Shown here piece by piece: positions 51,020-60,605 of a DNA stretch of 64,000 bases; within the stretch, counting starts at the first letter, position 1; each line of letters begins with the position of its first letter. The translations under genes were made by a program, and so were the position numbers. The notes under the pieces are model-generated. The model searched no databases. It saw only the letters and a list, made by a program, of their open reading frames with translations, and was not told the origin of the DNA. The DNA is taken from positions 512,001 to 576,000 of the forward strand of contig CAXXWQ010000004.1 in NCBI GenBank assembly GCA_963674945.2, given 5' to 3'. Source of the stretch: an uncultured Desulfosarcina sp. (GTDB lineage Bacteria; Desulfobacterota; Desulfobacteria; Desulfobacterales; Desulfosarcinaceae).

Positions 51020-52125
51020 TATGAATCCCAACCTCCGCAGACAGATGAAAGGACCGAGAGTCAACGACCACCCGCAAGGCGGGAGGCTTGGATGTTCGGT
51101 CCAACTGCCGCATATCCCAAAGCACGTTACATGCTGTATCGTTCGGGTTGTAACCGGGCGCGAAGTGCCCGGTTTGAATGCAACGAATCAGCCTGAACCG
51201 GAGTTCTTTCCAAAGCGATGAAAAGTCTCTTAATCATCTGTTTTTTAAATAATTTTGTATACTTCGGAAGTGCAACTAATGGAAACCCGTAGCAATGTCA
51301 AGATTTTTCCTCTTCATAAGCAGGTAAACATAAACAACGGCCGATTACCATAGATGGCATCCATTTCCCAAATTCGGGAGGAACACGGGAATCGACATTG
51401 TTACAACCACGTCCCTGGCGCACCCTTTTTGGTTCTGGACATGAAAGCCGAATGTTACGTCAATCCGTCAACGACGAACCTTCGTATAAAGTTCTCTTTA
51501 TACTCAATATGCTCTCATATGTGAATTTATTTTTTCATAATGAGATAACGGGTTTCGGATTTTTGAGGAAATCATCGAGCCGTCGGTTCAGAATTCCAGG
51601 ATATTTTTTAGAAAAATTGGAAACGCGCGATATTGGTGGAAAAAAGGTGATTCGCCGGCAATACGTGAGTTACAGTGGAGATCTCGAAAGCCCGGAGCCA
51701 AACGAGGAGGGTGTTGGAATCGAGCGATTACGAAATTTCGAATCGAATATAATATGGAATCGTATGAATCACTCTGTCCGCCAACCGTCTGCACGCACCA
51801 TGATCGCTCAGCCACATGCTCATATGATAAAGCCCATGGTAATAGACCATGGGAAGCACGGTCACGCGCCAGAGGTCGGATAATTGTCGATCTGCCCAAT
51901 AGTAGATTTTTAATAAATTCAAGGCATAAGATACTTTTCTGATCGGCAGCAAAAAGGCTTTCTTCAGGCGTCTCATCTCTCCCTCCATTATTCTCCGATA
52001 TCGGGAGATACGCCACAAACTTTATTCAGCCGGAGATCTTTTTTCCCAAAATAACAATCGACCGGACAATATTTGACCGATCGAGCAGCAGTCGTGTATT
52101 TCCTTGAGATTCCAAGTGCAGGTTA

Positions 52126-52524
52126 TCACCCGTCATTTCGAAGTAAATAAAAACAAACGGGCGCGACGGCGGTCCAGATGAGCACCAGCAGCCATACACG
52201 CCCTTTAAAGATATTGTAGTCGTGAAACAGCCTCTGCCATGGATGTTCCATCACCCAGTGGCCGAATACAAATTCGAAAGCGACGGTCATCATCAACCAG
52301 GTCCCGCCGATGGCAATGGCCTGTCTGGATGATTCCATCGGATATATACCACTGAGAATCCAAATATACGTCCCGAACAGAATGAGTCCGATAAGCGTTG
52401 ACAACTGATGGGCAGACAACTCACTCATGGCAGGGCCATACACCTTCTCGCGAACCGCTCCGTTGATGATGGCAAGGACCAACAGGCCGATCCAGAATGC
52501 CATGTAAATGCAAAAGGTTTTCAT
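52126..52524 (-). CDS. Small 4-TM conserved hypothetical membrane protein
   Basis: Hydrophobic segments; NGAVRE, FEFVFGH, DYNIFKGR. Confidence 0.7.
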   Translation of the reverse strand: MKTFCIYMAFWIGLLVLAIINGAVREKVYGPAMSELSAHQLSTLIGLILFGTYIWILSGIYPMESSRQAIAIGGTWLMMTVAFEFVFGHWVMEHPWQRLFHDYNIFKGRVWLLVLIWTAVAPVCFYLLRNDG

Positions 52525-52737
52525 ACTGATGGTTCCATCGGATTCGTTTTTTTGCCACTTAAAGAGAAATTACCGTATCCCGCTGCCGGGTTATATAACA
52601 AAACCCTTCCCGGGGAAAAACCCAAAATGATTGAATGAAGCGACTGGACCGGAATTGGAAAAATGCTTGCAAAGATGTGCTTGTTGCCCTAATACACGTA
52701 CACGATTTCAGGCGCGACGCCCGCCACCAACCATATC

Positions 52738-52813
52738 GCCCCCGTAGCTCAGGGGATAGAGCATCGGATTCCTAATCCGTGTGCCGCAGGTTCGAATCCT
52801 GCCGGGGGCACCA
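52738..52813 (+). tRNA. tRNA-Arg(CCT)
   Basis: GCCCCCG/CGGGGGC acceptor, TTCCTAA loop, CCA encoded. Confidence 0.95.
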
Positions 52814-52840
52814 AATATGGGGGTGCAGACTATCTCAGAA

Positions 52841-52970
52841 ATTTAACGCCGAATTAAGGGGCCGGGAAACAATGACCGAAAAACTATGCAAAAGGCAAAA
52901 AAGTCCGACCCAGAATAAATTTTAAAAGTGGCACGGATTTTCCCGGTCCCACTTAAATGACAGGTTAGCC
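52841..52970 (-). other. attC-like integron cassette recombination site (130 bp)
   Basis: Minus strand GGCTAAC-CTGTC-ATT(T)AAG(T)GGG(A)CCGGGAAA...TTTCCCGGCCCCTTAAT-TCGGC-GTTAAAT, three extrahelical bases on one arm. Confidence 0.7.
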
Positions 52971-52989
52971 CATAAATGGCTCGACCTCC

Positions 52990-53649
52990 TTACCATATTG
53001 CGGGAAACAGCCGCATCCGGTTCCTGGCAAATTCAGTGTATCCTTCGATTTTGAAAAGCATTTTTTCTTCAATTCTGATCCTCAGAATGATTGCCGGTGC
53101 CAAAATCAATAGAAACGCGCATAGAGTCACCCAATTAAGAAAATAGATGCAGATCCCGGCATTAGCGATGATCATGCCTGCATAGGCAGGATGCCTTACG
53201 AATCTATACGGGCCTGAAGCCACGATTTGATGTTGAGAAACAGTACGAACTCTATGCGAATAAAACTGCCCCAATGTACGGATCGCCCATAGTCGATAGC
53301 AGACACCAATGAGGAAGATACTAACGCCAATATAGAGAGCAGCATTCTTTTCTTGCCATGCTGATGGAAACCAAAGGGCTGTAAAAATCGTCAGCGCCTG
53401 TCCAATCCCATATAATTGGCAGGTCATAAAATCATAGGTTTTTTTACCCTCGGTTATCACATCCTTTTTGGTAACTCGTAGTTCGATTATCATCCAAAGC
53501 AGATAAAAACTTGCGAACATGACATCCAAATAAGCTGGGTATTCATTTAGCACAATGAAGAGACGACTGAGTCTGATCAAGGCAAATATTATTATCCCTG
53601 AGAACAAAATGAACCACATTATCAGTGGCGTAATGTCTCTTTTTTTCAC
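52990..53649 (-). CDS. Isoprenylcysteine carboxyl methyltransferase (ICMT/Ste14) family membrane protein
   Basis: WAIRTLG, GPYRFVRHPAYAG, RIRIEEKML. Confidence 0.85.
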   Translation of the reverse strand: MKKRDITPLIMWFILFSGIIIFALIRLSRLFIVLNEYPAYLDVMFASFYLLWMIIELRVTKKDVITEGKKTYDFMTCQLYGIGQALTIFTALWFPSAWQEKNAALYIGVSIFLIGVCYRLWAIRTLGQFYSHRVRTVSQHQIVASGPYRFVRHPAYAGMIIANAGICIYFLNWVTLCAFLLILAPAIILRIRIEEKMLFKIEGYTEFARNRMRLFPAIW

Positions 53650-53713
53650 TTAGATCAAATTCCTTGTTCCTTAAAATAACTTTCGAGTTTACAACAGGCT
53701 ATCATTGAAATTC

Positions 53714-53800
53714 TATAGACGTCTATTTTGTGTCCCACCTGGGGATGATATGTAGACGTCTTGATTACATCCCAAATGGGGATAAAAAAGACGATTTCAG
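53714..53800. repeat. Palindromic AGACG-triplet module, copy A
   Basis: Aligns with 55694-55788; internally dyad-symmetric. Confidence 0.7.
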
Positions 53801-53832
53801 CTTGCACTGTTTAAAGACTATTGAGAGCAAAT

Positions 53833-53878
53833 TCAATCCACAATCTCTATATGAGCCAAGAGCAGACTTGACCCCTTT
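53833..53878. repeat. 46-bp direct repeat, copy 1
   Basis: tcaatccacaatctctatatgagccaagagcagacttgaccccttt; 45/46 identical to 55248-55293. Confidence 0.9.
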
Positions 53879-54158
53879 TCTTCCATGAAGACGCATGGGT
53901 GCCATTAAGAATCGGTCGAGGAGTTTCGGAAGTACATGTATGTTGGCCCGGGCCAGTTCATTTTTGGCAGAGAACCGCCATGGCCACGCTCTCGAATTTA
54001 GCCACCCGTTCTGAGTTATCTTTAGCCAACTGCTCTAATTCTTCTTTAGCGAAGGGAATACTCATACCATATCCTGTAATGGTTCCTGGAATTAATCCGG
54101 GGAAACCGGCCCAGGAAAGCCGGCATTTGAGCCGTCGCTCTATCCCCGAAAATTGATC

Positions 54159-54515
54159 TTACAAGAAAATCCGATGATCAGGTATATTCAGCGCCGCCGC
54201 CAGTTTCTGGGCTCGGTTTTTTCCAATAGACCGTTTTCCGTTCTCCATTTCGCTGATATGGCGCTGAGGGATTCCGGTTTTCTCCGAAAGTTTCTTTTGA
54301 GTCATCTCCTCTTTCTGCCTGGCGCCACGGAGCACAGTCCCGCTCTCGTTGCCTTCGAACTCGGAAAAAGCCTTTCTCCATGGGATCGAATCGGAAGTGT
54401 CCACGAATCCAAGGCGGGAAAGAGAGTCCACTGCCGCCTTTCTCTTTGATGCCGGCCCCTGGAAGGTCAGCACAATGATTTTATCAGTATGGCGCTTTTT
54501 CGTGCGTCCCAGCAT
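54159..54515 (-). CDS. XRE/HigA-type antitoxin
   Basis: LRGARQKEEMTQKKLSEKTGIPQRHISEMENGKR HTH downstream of the toxin. Confidence 0.85.
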   Translation of the reverse strand: MLGRTKKRHTDKIIVLTFQGPASKRKAAVDSLSRLGFVDTSDSIPWRKAFSEFEGNESGTVLRGARQKEEMTQKKLSEKTGIPQRHISEMENGKRSIGKNRAQKLAAALNIPDHRIFL

Positions 54516-54765
54516 ATGTCACCTCGACAAGTCTTATGGTTCGGTCGCGCACTTCCCAAACCGCCACATAACAGGGGTTCCCCTTCTTGATATGGCAATG
54601 GTGCACGTCCTTTTCGAGTTTGCCGTAATTCGGCCAGTTACCCCGGATCGGGCCGCTTTGTTCGATCTCCGCCAACAGGTAGTAAAGCCTTTGCCGAACA
54701 TTTAACGGAAGCCGGGGAATCTGTTTTTCCGCCTTATGGTTTAACGTCACCGTCCACGGTATCAT
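54484..54765 (-). CDS. RelE/HigB-like toxin
   Basis: 93 aa, KAEKQIPRLP..V, HHCHIK, YAGTHE; toxin-first operon; ATACC-N7-GGTAT palindrome upstream. Confidence 0.75.
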   Translation of the reverse strand: MIPWTVTLNHKAEKQIPRLPLNVRQRLYYLLAEIEQSGPIRGNWPNYGKLEKDVHHCHIKKGNPCYVAVWEVRDRTIRLVEVTYAGTHEKAPY

Positions 54766-54815
54766 ATATACCTTTTTTGGGTATTGTCAATATTTGATCG
54801 ATAACCGACAATCGA

Positions 54816-55037
54816 TCAGTTTTTCTCGGCCAAATTGACGACTTTTTCATCATCGCTTGCCGGGCCCAATGTCACCACCAGCTTATTGACCGCATTTCGC
54901 TTGATGTCTGGCGCCAGGTGGCTGTATCGCATAGTTGTTTGTATGTCTGCGTGACCCATAAGCTCTTGAACCGTCTGCAGACTCTCTCCACCCATGACAA
55001 GCCAACTTGCAAACGTGTGGCGCAGGGTATGGAACCG
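54816..55037 (-). pseudogene. Tyrosine integrase C-terminal relic (not in the ORF track)
   Basis: Hand translation RFHTLRHTFASWLVMGGESLQTVQELMGHADIQTTMRYSHLAP...; in-frame stop just upstream. Confidence 0.85.
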
Positions 55038-55247
55038 TGGATGATTTGAAACTGAATGATGGCATCACCGATCATCGCCAGAAAGTTATCTTAACATTTC
55101 TCGCTGCAACATTGCCAACATTAGCTACCATTATCCTTCCAATTGATACTTCGTTATTTTTGCCTTGGAATGAAACTTGATCGTCAAGTGCGTAATGCAG
55201 AATCTCTTTTTTATCAACTTTGGGTTCTTGTGTGAAATAGAAGACAA

Positions 55248-55293
55248 TCAATCCACAATCTCTATATGAGCCAAGAGCAGACTTGGCCCCTTT
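55248..55293. repeat. 46-bp direct repeat, copy 2
   Basis: See copy 1. Confidence 0.9.
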
Positions 55294-55334
55294 CATTGCG
55301 TCTCCTCAACTGCTGGGTTAGCGTATAATCAATT

Positions 55335-55658
55335 CTATTTGATATCTACCTTTTTAATTTCAACTAATTCATTCCCTTCGAACACCAAACTATAAAAACT
55401 TTTTTCCCCATAAAATGATGATGAATAGATCCATTCTTCGACTTTCATTACCCTAATCCGTTCATTATCCTGAACCTTGTCTATATAGCCTAAAATTTCT
55501 GATCTTTCAGGTTCACCACATGACAAACGAACTTGATGCTTTAAATCGCCCAATGATGCAGAGCCCTTACTACCACAATTAAAAATAGATTCGGCATGAA
55601 GTGAGGTAGAAGTCAAAGCTAATAAGGCAAATATGAAAAACTTTATCGAACGTGTCAT
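55335..55658 (-). CDS. Secreted DUF2845-like small protein
   Basis: Signal peptide, C....LGD....V..SCGEP, EEWIY, LVFEG; AAGGAG RBS. Confidence 0.7.
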   Translation of the reverse strand: MTRSIKFFIFALLALTSTSLHAESIFNCGSKGSASLGDLKHQVRLSCGEPERSEILGYIDKVQDNERIRVMKVEEWIYSSSFYGEKSFYSLVFEGNELVEIKKVDIK

Positions 55659-55693
55659 CCGATTCTCCTTTCTTACCGATAATTTATAGATTA

Positions 55694-55788
55694 TATAGAC
55701 GTCTTTTTCTCTGTCCAATGCGGCAATGTTATGATACATAGACGTTTTGATAACATCCCAAATAGGAGCAAAAAATAGACGGTTTCAG
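55694..55788. repeat. Palindromic AGACG-triplet module, copy B
   Basis: Aligns with 53714-53800. Confidence 0.7.
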
Positions 55789-56518
55789 TCTATGATTGTT
55801 TTGGAGCTAATTCTTTATTTTGAAATGTGGGATTAAAGGTGCGTTGGAGATATCCCAGGGAAATACGGTGGTTAAGTGCTAAAAACATACATGGCGCTAC
55901 CCTCCTGCTTATCAAATTCCGAAGTTCGCATTTTCCAGCTTTTCACGTGGAGCGTATAACCGCAGGACAACGAATCTGTCATTTATCGTCGAGACAAGGC
56001 CGACTCGTGTAACCCCTCTCCACTCGAAAAAAAACCGAGTTTCGAGCAATTCATTTGCGGCTTTTTGGATCGTGGTGATGATTAGATCTATTTTATCGAT
56101 GTGGTACTTAAAGTCCTGGAGATAACGACCCCTTGCGTACTGAATTTCATGGCTCGCCGCACTCTCGATGGTACCGTAGGCCCTGACGACAAATATATAG
56201 AATAGCTGAAGGTACCAAAGCTGTCAATTATCGTCTAATCACGTTTCGGATATCCCAGGATCACGCAACCTTTTTTAATACCCGTTACCCATCAAAATCT
56301 TTTTTCGGTTCCCCAAAACAAGGCCGGACCATCAATGGATGATCCGGCCTGGAACAGCATGCAGCACGGGAAGCGTGTGAAATAGTCTATGGCGGGTTTG
56401 TTATAGTATGATTAGAGTCATAGAAACGACCCTCGCCCCTATATAGCAGGATCGTCCGTGGCATTCGGGCGGTCGTTTACGAAATCGGTTTGCCACGCCT
56501 CAGGAATCATGGATTTGC

Positions 56519-56920
56519 TTAGATTGGGGCAATAATCCCCCGAACCTCATTTACTTCAAACGTAATGGCTGCGCGGATCCTCTGGGCGGAGGCTTCACCG
56601 GCGGCTTCCGCGATTTTTCCTTTGATTTGATCGCACAGTGGGCCCTCGGTTTCGACGACCTTGGCTGTCATATACACCCGGCAGCCTTTCCAGTCCATTG
56701 CGGTTTCGCCGGGTTCCATGACAATAAATACGGCTTTGGGATTCTCTTGCAGGTATTGAAGGGAACGGTTATTGCCGATTCCCATGACGACCGTGTTTTC
56801 ATCGATCATTTGAGGGGATCCGAAGATCGCTACGTTTACATCTCCGTTTTTATTGGACGTGCTGAGGGTGCCGATTCTGGGTCGTTTGTTGAACAGTTCC
56901 ATGACGTCTTTTCGGTCCAT
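56519..56920 (-). CDS. Pyridoxamine 5'-phosphate oxidase-like FMN-binding split-barrel protein
   Basis: LSTSNKNGDVNVA, LQENPKAV; AAGGAG RBS. Confidence 0.8.
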   Translation of the reverse strand: MDRKDVMELFNKRPRIGTLSTSNKNGDVNVAIFGSPQMIDENTVVMGIGNNRSLQYLQENPKAVFIVMEPGETAMDWKGCRVYMTAKVVETEGPLCDQIKGKIAEAAGEASAQRIRAAITFEVNEVRGIIAPI

Positions 56921-57553
56921 CTCTTTCTCCTTTTGCCGTAATCACTCGTTTGTTATATGAAAAAGTAAAAAATGTGTGAAGAGTTAATGGTAAACTTAAT
57001 AGATGGAGGCGGCCGTGTCAACCATGGCGTCTATGTTTGATAACCAAATAGCCTTCTATTATTTACAAATAGGAGATTTAATCATCAATTAGGACATTTA
57101 TTGACAAACTTTATTGGGAAACCCCTTTCTTTTTCATCCGTTCCCCTATCTTTCCTGGGCAAGGTCCTTGGTTGGGCCTTGCCCATTTTTTTCCCGAAAT
57201 AGCCTCACCATTGGCCACCGTAGGTTTTCCCAATCCAGCCGACAACTTTATTCGCTGCAACCCATGCTTGCCGTACTTCGGACAAGGCCCTCAAGGGTAG
57301 GGACGCATTGGCACCAAAGACCGGCTACCATCGTATCGATTGTATCCCGAAGATGCCACAATCCTGACGGGAAAATCATTCTTAGGAGACGCCGTATGTC
57401 CGATTTTGGCGTAACGAGGACTTCTTTTTCCAATTTCACTGTTCATGGTTCAGGTCCTCCGTATTCGGATTTCCGTTGAAACATGCATTACTTCCATTCT
57501 TCTAAAGAGTAAATCGTTCCCAACAGCCTTATGCGAATTCGATGGCCCACATT

Positions 57554-60009
57554 CAGAACACTGCATCTCCGGGAAAACTATGTGACACCTCCGGCATGAT
57601 TTGAGGTGCTGCAGCCATTTAGTTCGAATATCATTTGCAGCTCGGTACCGGGGTATTTTACCTGCGCACTGTTCAGATGCGCAAACAGTTGGCAAAGAGC
57701 CCGATTGGCCGCTGGGAACGAAGCGCCGTGCAATCGTATATTCAATTGCTGATTTTCAATATCGGGCAGTACATCGCCTTCGGTCTGGAACAGTGTCTGG
57801 AGAAGACTCCGTGCATCCGACGAGTTTACCGTCGGACCCGTGAGCAACCCAACCATTGCCGTCTCTGCACGATATGCAATCATACGAACCGTGTCCATCA
57901 GGCGTTTTCTGCCCGGTTGTAAACGTAAAAATTTATCTTTTGCTTCAAGTTCTCCCCACGTGATGTGTTTACTTGTCTGTTTTCGTTTTTCTTTCAACTC
58001 GCTGAGTTGATACTCCATCTTTTCGATTTCTTCTAACAGCTCGGCCTTTTTCTCTATCCACTTCTTAAACTTTACCGGTTTGTCTTCATTTTCAGGGTGA
58101 ATGGTCATCTCGGCAAAACAGGCACGACGATATCGTAGCTTGTTCTGCAACGAATTACGGGATTGATTCAATTGCCGCCAAACGGGGTTGATTACCCGTT
58201 CGGTATCAGGAAATTCAACGACACCATAATCTAAAAGCACATCGATATCAAAATGTTGCATCATATAGTTGAAAAAGTTTTCCTGACACCACCGGCTGAA
58301 CATGCGTGCTGCCAATTGAGTATGCGGCAAATCGAAAGCGGTGCTGATTACGCTGGTCTGGTGTCCGGAATCGGTCAGTTTTCGCACTTGTCGCATCCAT
58401 GTTGCACCCTTACCAGATCCCACCAAACTACCCATTTCGCAAAGCCGCATCTTCACCACCTCTTTGTTTGGCATCGCAACTTCATGCTCGGTGAACCAAT
58501 GCTCCGGCCATGATTCACCAGGATGCTTATGATACGTCATGCAGCCGATTCGATGGCGATCCCACATTTCCTTGAAGAATGCGGGACTATATCCTTCCCT
58601 GTCGAAAACAAGAACGAACCGGCATAAACATGGGTTCTCTTGTAGTTGCTGCAAACCGGGTTGATTCGGAACGTCTTGCAACAACCGGGGAACGATATCG
58701 TCTCTTAAAACCGCCAATAATCCAGGATCGATCTGCTTTTCGACGACAAAAAAAGGTCGGCCAATCGCATCGTTAACCCAATAGTCGGTAATGCCCCTCA
58801 TGCACAATCGTTCCCGGGACACGTAGCGGCGCGGTAGTCGGGTCAATTTTCCATGATAAACACGTACATGCCCGTCAACATAAAGCGCGCCAACCGATTC
58901 GGGCGCCTGTTCCATCCAGTATTTACCGAGGTATGCGGCCCACTTTTCCGCGCCGTGGTCTGCGCTCAACGCATCCATCTTGTAACGCAAACAGCGAACC
59001 TCCGGTGCACGATCCAAGCCCAATAACTTACCAAATTCTCCCGGAGCATGGCCTCGTATTTTTTCTGTCGTCTTGATCCTGCATAAGGCCATAAACGAAA
59101 GCAGCAACAAGACATGAAAGATCGTGTAATAGCCTTTGACTTGGCCGAGGAACTGTTTTGCGCCGGTAAACAACCCGTTTGCCACCAATGACGGTATCGC
59201 ACAAAGAACGCCTGCTTTGGGAACGTCCAGGCATCTGTCAAAACGAACCGGCGCACCAACCATTTTGCCCAATGATGCCAATATGCGTTCCCCGACTCGG
59301 TTGCAAGCCGTCCCCATACCATCGGCAGCAGCCATGTCGACCATGTCCCGATCTGATTTGGTTAGACACGGTTCACCAATCCTTGATTCGATTAACCGAC
59401 CATCATCTATAGCTTTGCGAAACGTATCGTATTTAATGCCAAGTTCCAGGGCGGCATCTTTTTTCGAGCACCCTTGATCCAGTAAACGTTGGGCTTGTTC
59501 AAGCACCTCAGGTTTGAAAACCTTGCCGCCGCGTCGTCCCCGCCGCTGAACGAAAAATGCCTCGGCGCCGCCGGACCTGAGTTTGTTCACGGATCGGATG
59601 ACATTGCTCTTGGATACGCCGAATGTGTTTTGGATATCGATCTGGCGGCAAGCTCCGGATTCAACCAGTTGGGCTGTTATCATCCGAAACATTCGTTGAT
59701 CGCCTTGTCTGTGAGAATAAATCGGAACGGTCGATAGAAAATAGGTCCAGGTCGTATCGTCACGAAATACACTGACAAGCCCGTTGATTTGTCTTGCACC
59801 GCGAGGAATAAGTGGTAGTATCTGTTGAGGCATGGCATCCTTTTCCTTTCATTTATCCGCCAAGATAATAAGGTTAAAGGTGCCATGTTCATTTTCCGGT
59901 TGCAATACCTTACCGGCCTGCTGGATTCAGACTCCTATCTTTCTGTTTTTCAACCACTTACATTATGTTTTGCTTGCCATATGCAACAATTAGGAAATCA
60001 AGTTTCCTG
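57554..60009 (-). mobile_element. Unclassified IS element (2456 bp)
   Basis: Imperfect IRs cagaacactgcatctcc / ggaaatcaagtttcctg; 5-bp TSD ACATT at 57549-57553 and 60010-60014. Confidence 0.7.
57578..59833 (-). CDS. Large DDE transposase (751 aa) with N-terminal HTHs
   Basis: YVDGH, VFDREG, RWCQENFF as putative D-D-E triad; C-terminal coiled coil. Confidence 0.8.
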   Translation of the reverse strand: MPQQILPLIPRGARQINGLVSVFRDDTTWTYFLSTVPIYSHRQGDQRMFRMITAQLVESGACRQIDIQNTFGVSKSNVIRSVNKLRSGGAEAFFVQRRGRRGGKVFKPEVLEQAQRLLDQGCSKKDAALELGIKYDTFRKAIDDGRLIESRIGEPCLTKSDRDMVDMAAADGMGTACNRVGERILASLGKMVGAPVRFDRCLDVPKAGVLCAIPSLVANGLFTGAKQFLGQVKGYYTIFHVLLLLSFMALCRIKTTEKIRGHAPGEFGKLLGLDRAPEVRCLRYKMDALSADHGAEKWAAYLGKYWMEQAPESVGALYVDGHVRVYHGKLTRLPRRYVSRERLCMRGITDYWVNDAIGRPFFVVEKQIDPGLLAVLRDDIVPRLLQDVPNQPGLQQLQENPCLCRFVLVFDREGYSPAFFKEMWDRHRIGCMTYHKHPGESWPEHWFTEHEVAMPNKEVVKMRLCEMGSLVGSGKGATWMRQVRKLTDSGHQTSVISTAFDLPHTQLAARMFSRWCQENFFNYMMQHFDIDVLLDYGVVEFPDTERVINPVWRQLNQSRNSLQNKLRYRRACFAEMTIHPENEDKPVKFKKWIEKKAELLEEIEKMEYQLSELKEKRKQTSKHITWGELEAKDKFLRLQPGRKRLMDTVRMIAYRAETAMVGLLTGPTVNSSDARSLLQTLFQTEGDVLPDIENQQLNIRLHGASFPAANRALCQLFAHLNSAQVKYPGTELQMIFELNGCSTSNHAGGVT

Positions 60010-60152
60010 ACATTATGCATGGCTTCATTTTATCGACAGATCGTCGTTTCGTCGGTGTTGTCATTGGCACTGGCAGAAGGCCCCACGCCCGGGACCCACC
60101 AATAAAAGAAAAAATATTTGCTGTTGGCGAAAAGAAGAAAGGACAAATTTTC

Positions 60153-60503
60153 ATGTTACACCGCAAGCCACATATTGAGAACCACCTCCAGTCAGCCGAA
60201 AAGCGGCTCGCCGCCCGCGTTGCATCTCTGACCATAAACGGTTCAGATGCCAAAAGAATCGAAAAAGACTGTCAAGTCAAACAGTTCAAAGCCCAGATAC
60301 GGAAGGCCAAAAGACAATTGGCCGCCATCACGGCATCGGAAACCCTGACGGCCGAGAAAGCCGAAGCCCTCATCCGCAAGGAAGCCGCCGCCAAGTCGGC
60401 GCCAATAGAAAAAAAATCGAAAAAAAGAGATCCGAACACCCCACCTGCAAAGAAAAAAAAGAAGAGACAGGTGGAATCGGATGAAGATAAACAGGCAGCA
60501 TAA
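60153..60503 (+). CDS. Small basic Lys/Ala-rich coiled-coil hypothetical protein
   Basis: AAAGGA RBS, 116 aa, lysine-rich tail. Confidence 0.6.
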   Translation: MLHRKPHIENHLQSAEKRLAARVASLTINGSDAKRIEKDCQVKQFKAQIRKAKRQLAAITASETLTAEKAEALIRKEAAAKSAPIEKKSKKRDPNTPPAKKKKKRQVESDEDKQAA

Positions 60504-60605
60504 GCAGCGTCAGCGCCGGAACTGGTCGGCGGTGACCATGTCTGGCTGAAACGTTGGAATTTAGGTCCGGCGCGGTTGAATTCAATATGAGGCCATGGCC
60601 TGACG

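Noticed and set aside
51398..52018. Overlapping hypothetical ORFs on both strands
   Set aside because: No recognisable motifs; cannot decide which, if any, is real
53890..54070. Short ORF MSIPFAKEELEQLAK as an RHH antitoxin relic
   Set aside because: Too short and degenerate to support
54816..55037. Integrase relic as integron integrase IntI
   Set aside because: The C-terminal motif is phage-integrase-like rather than the IntI-type TTMIYTHV, and the IntI-specific region is not present
55828..56283. Loose inverted similarity suggesting a MITE
   Set aside because: Needs several gaps to align and shows no TSD
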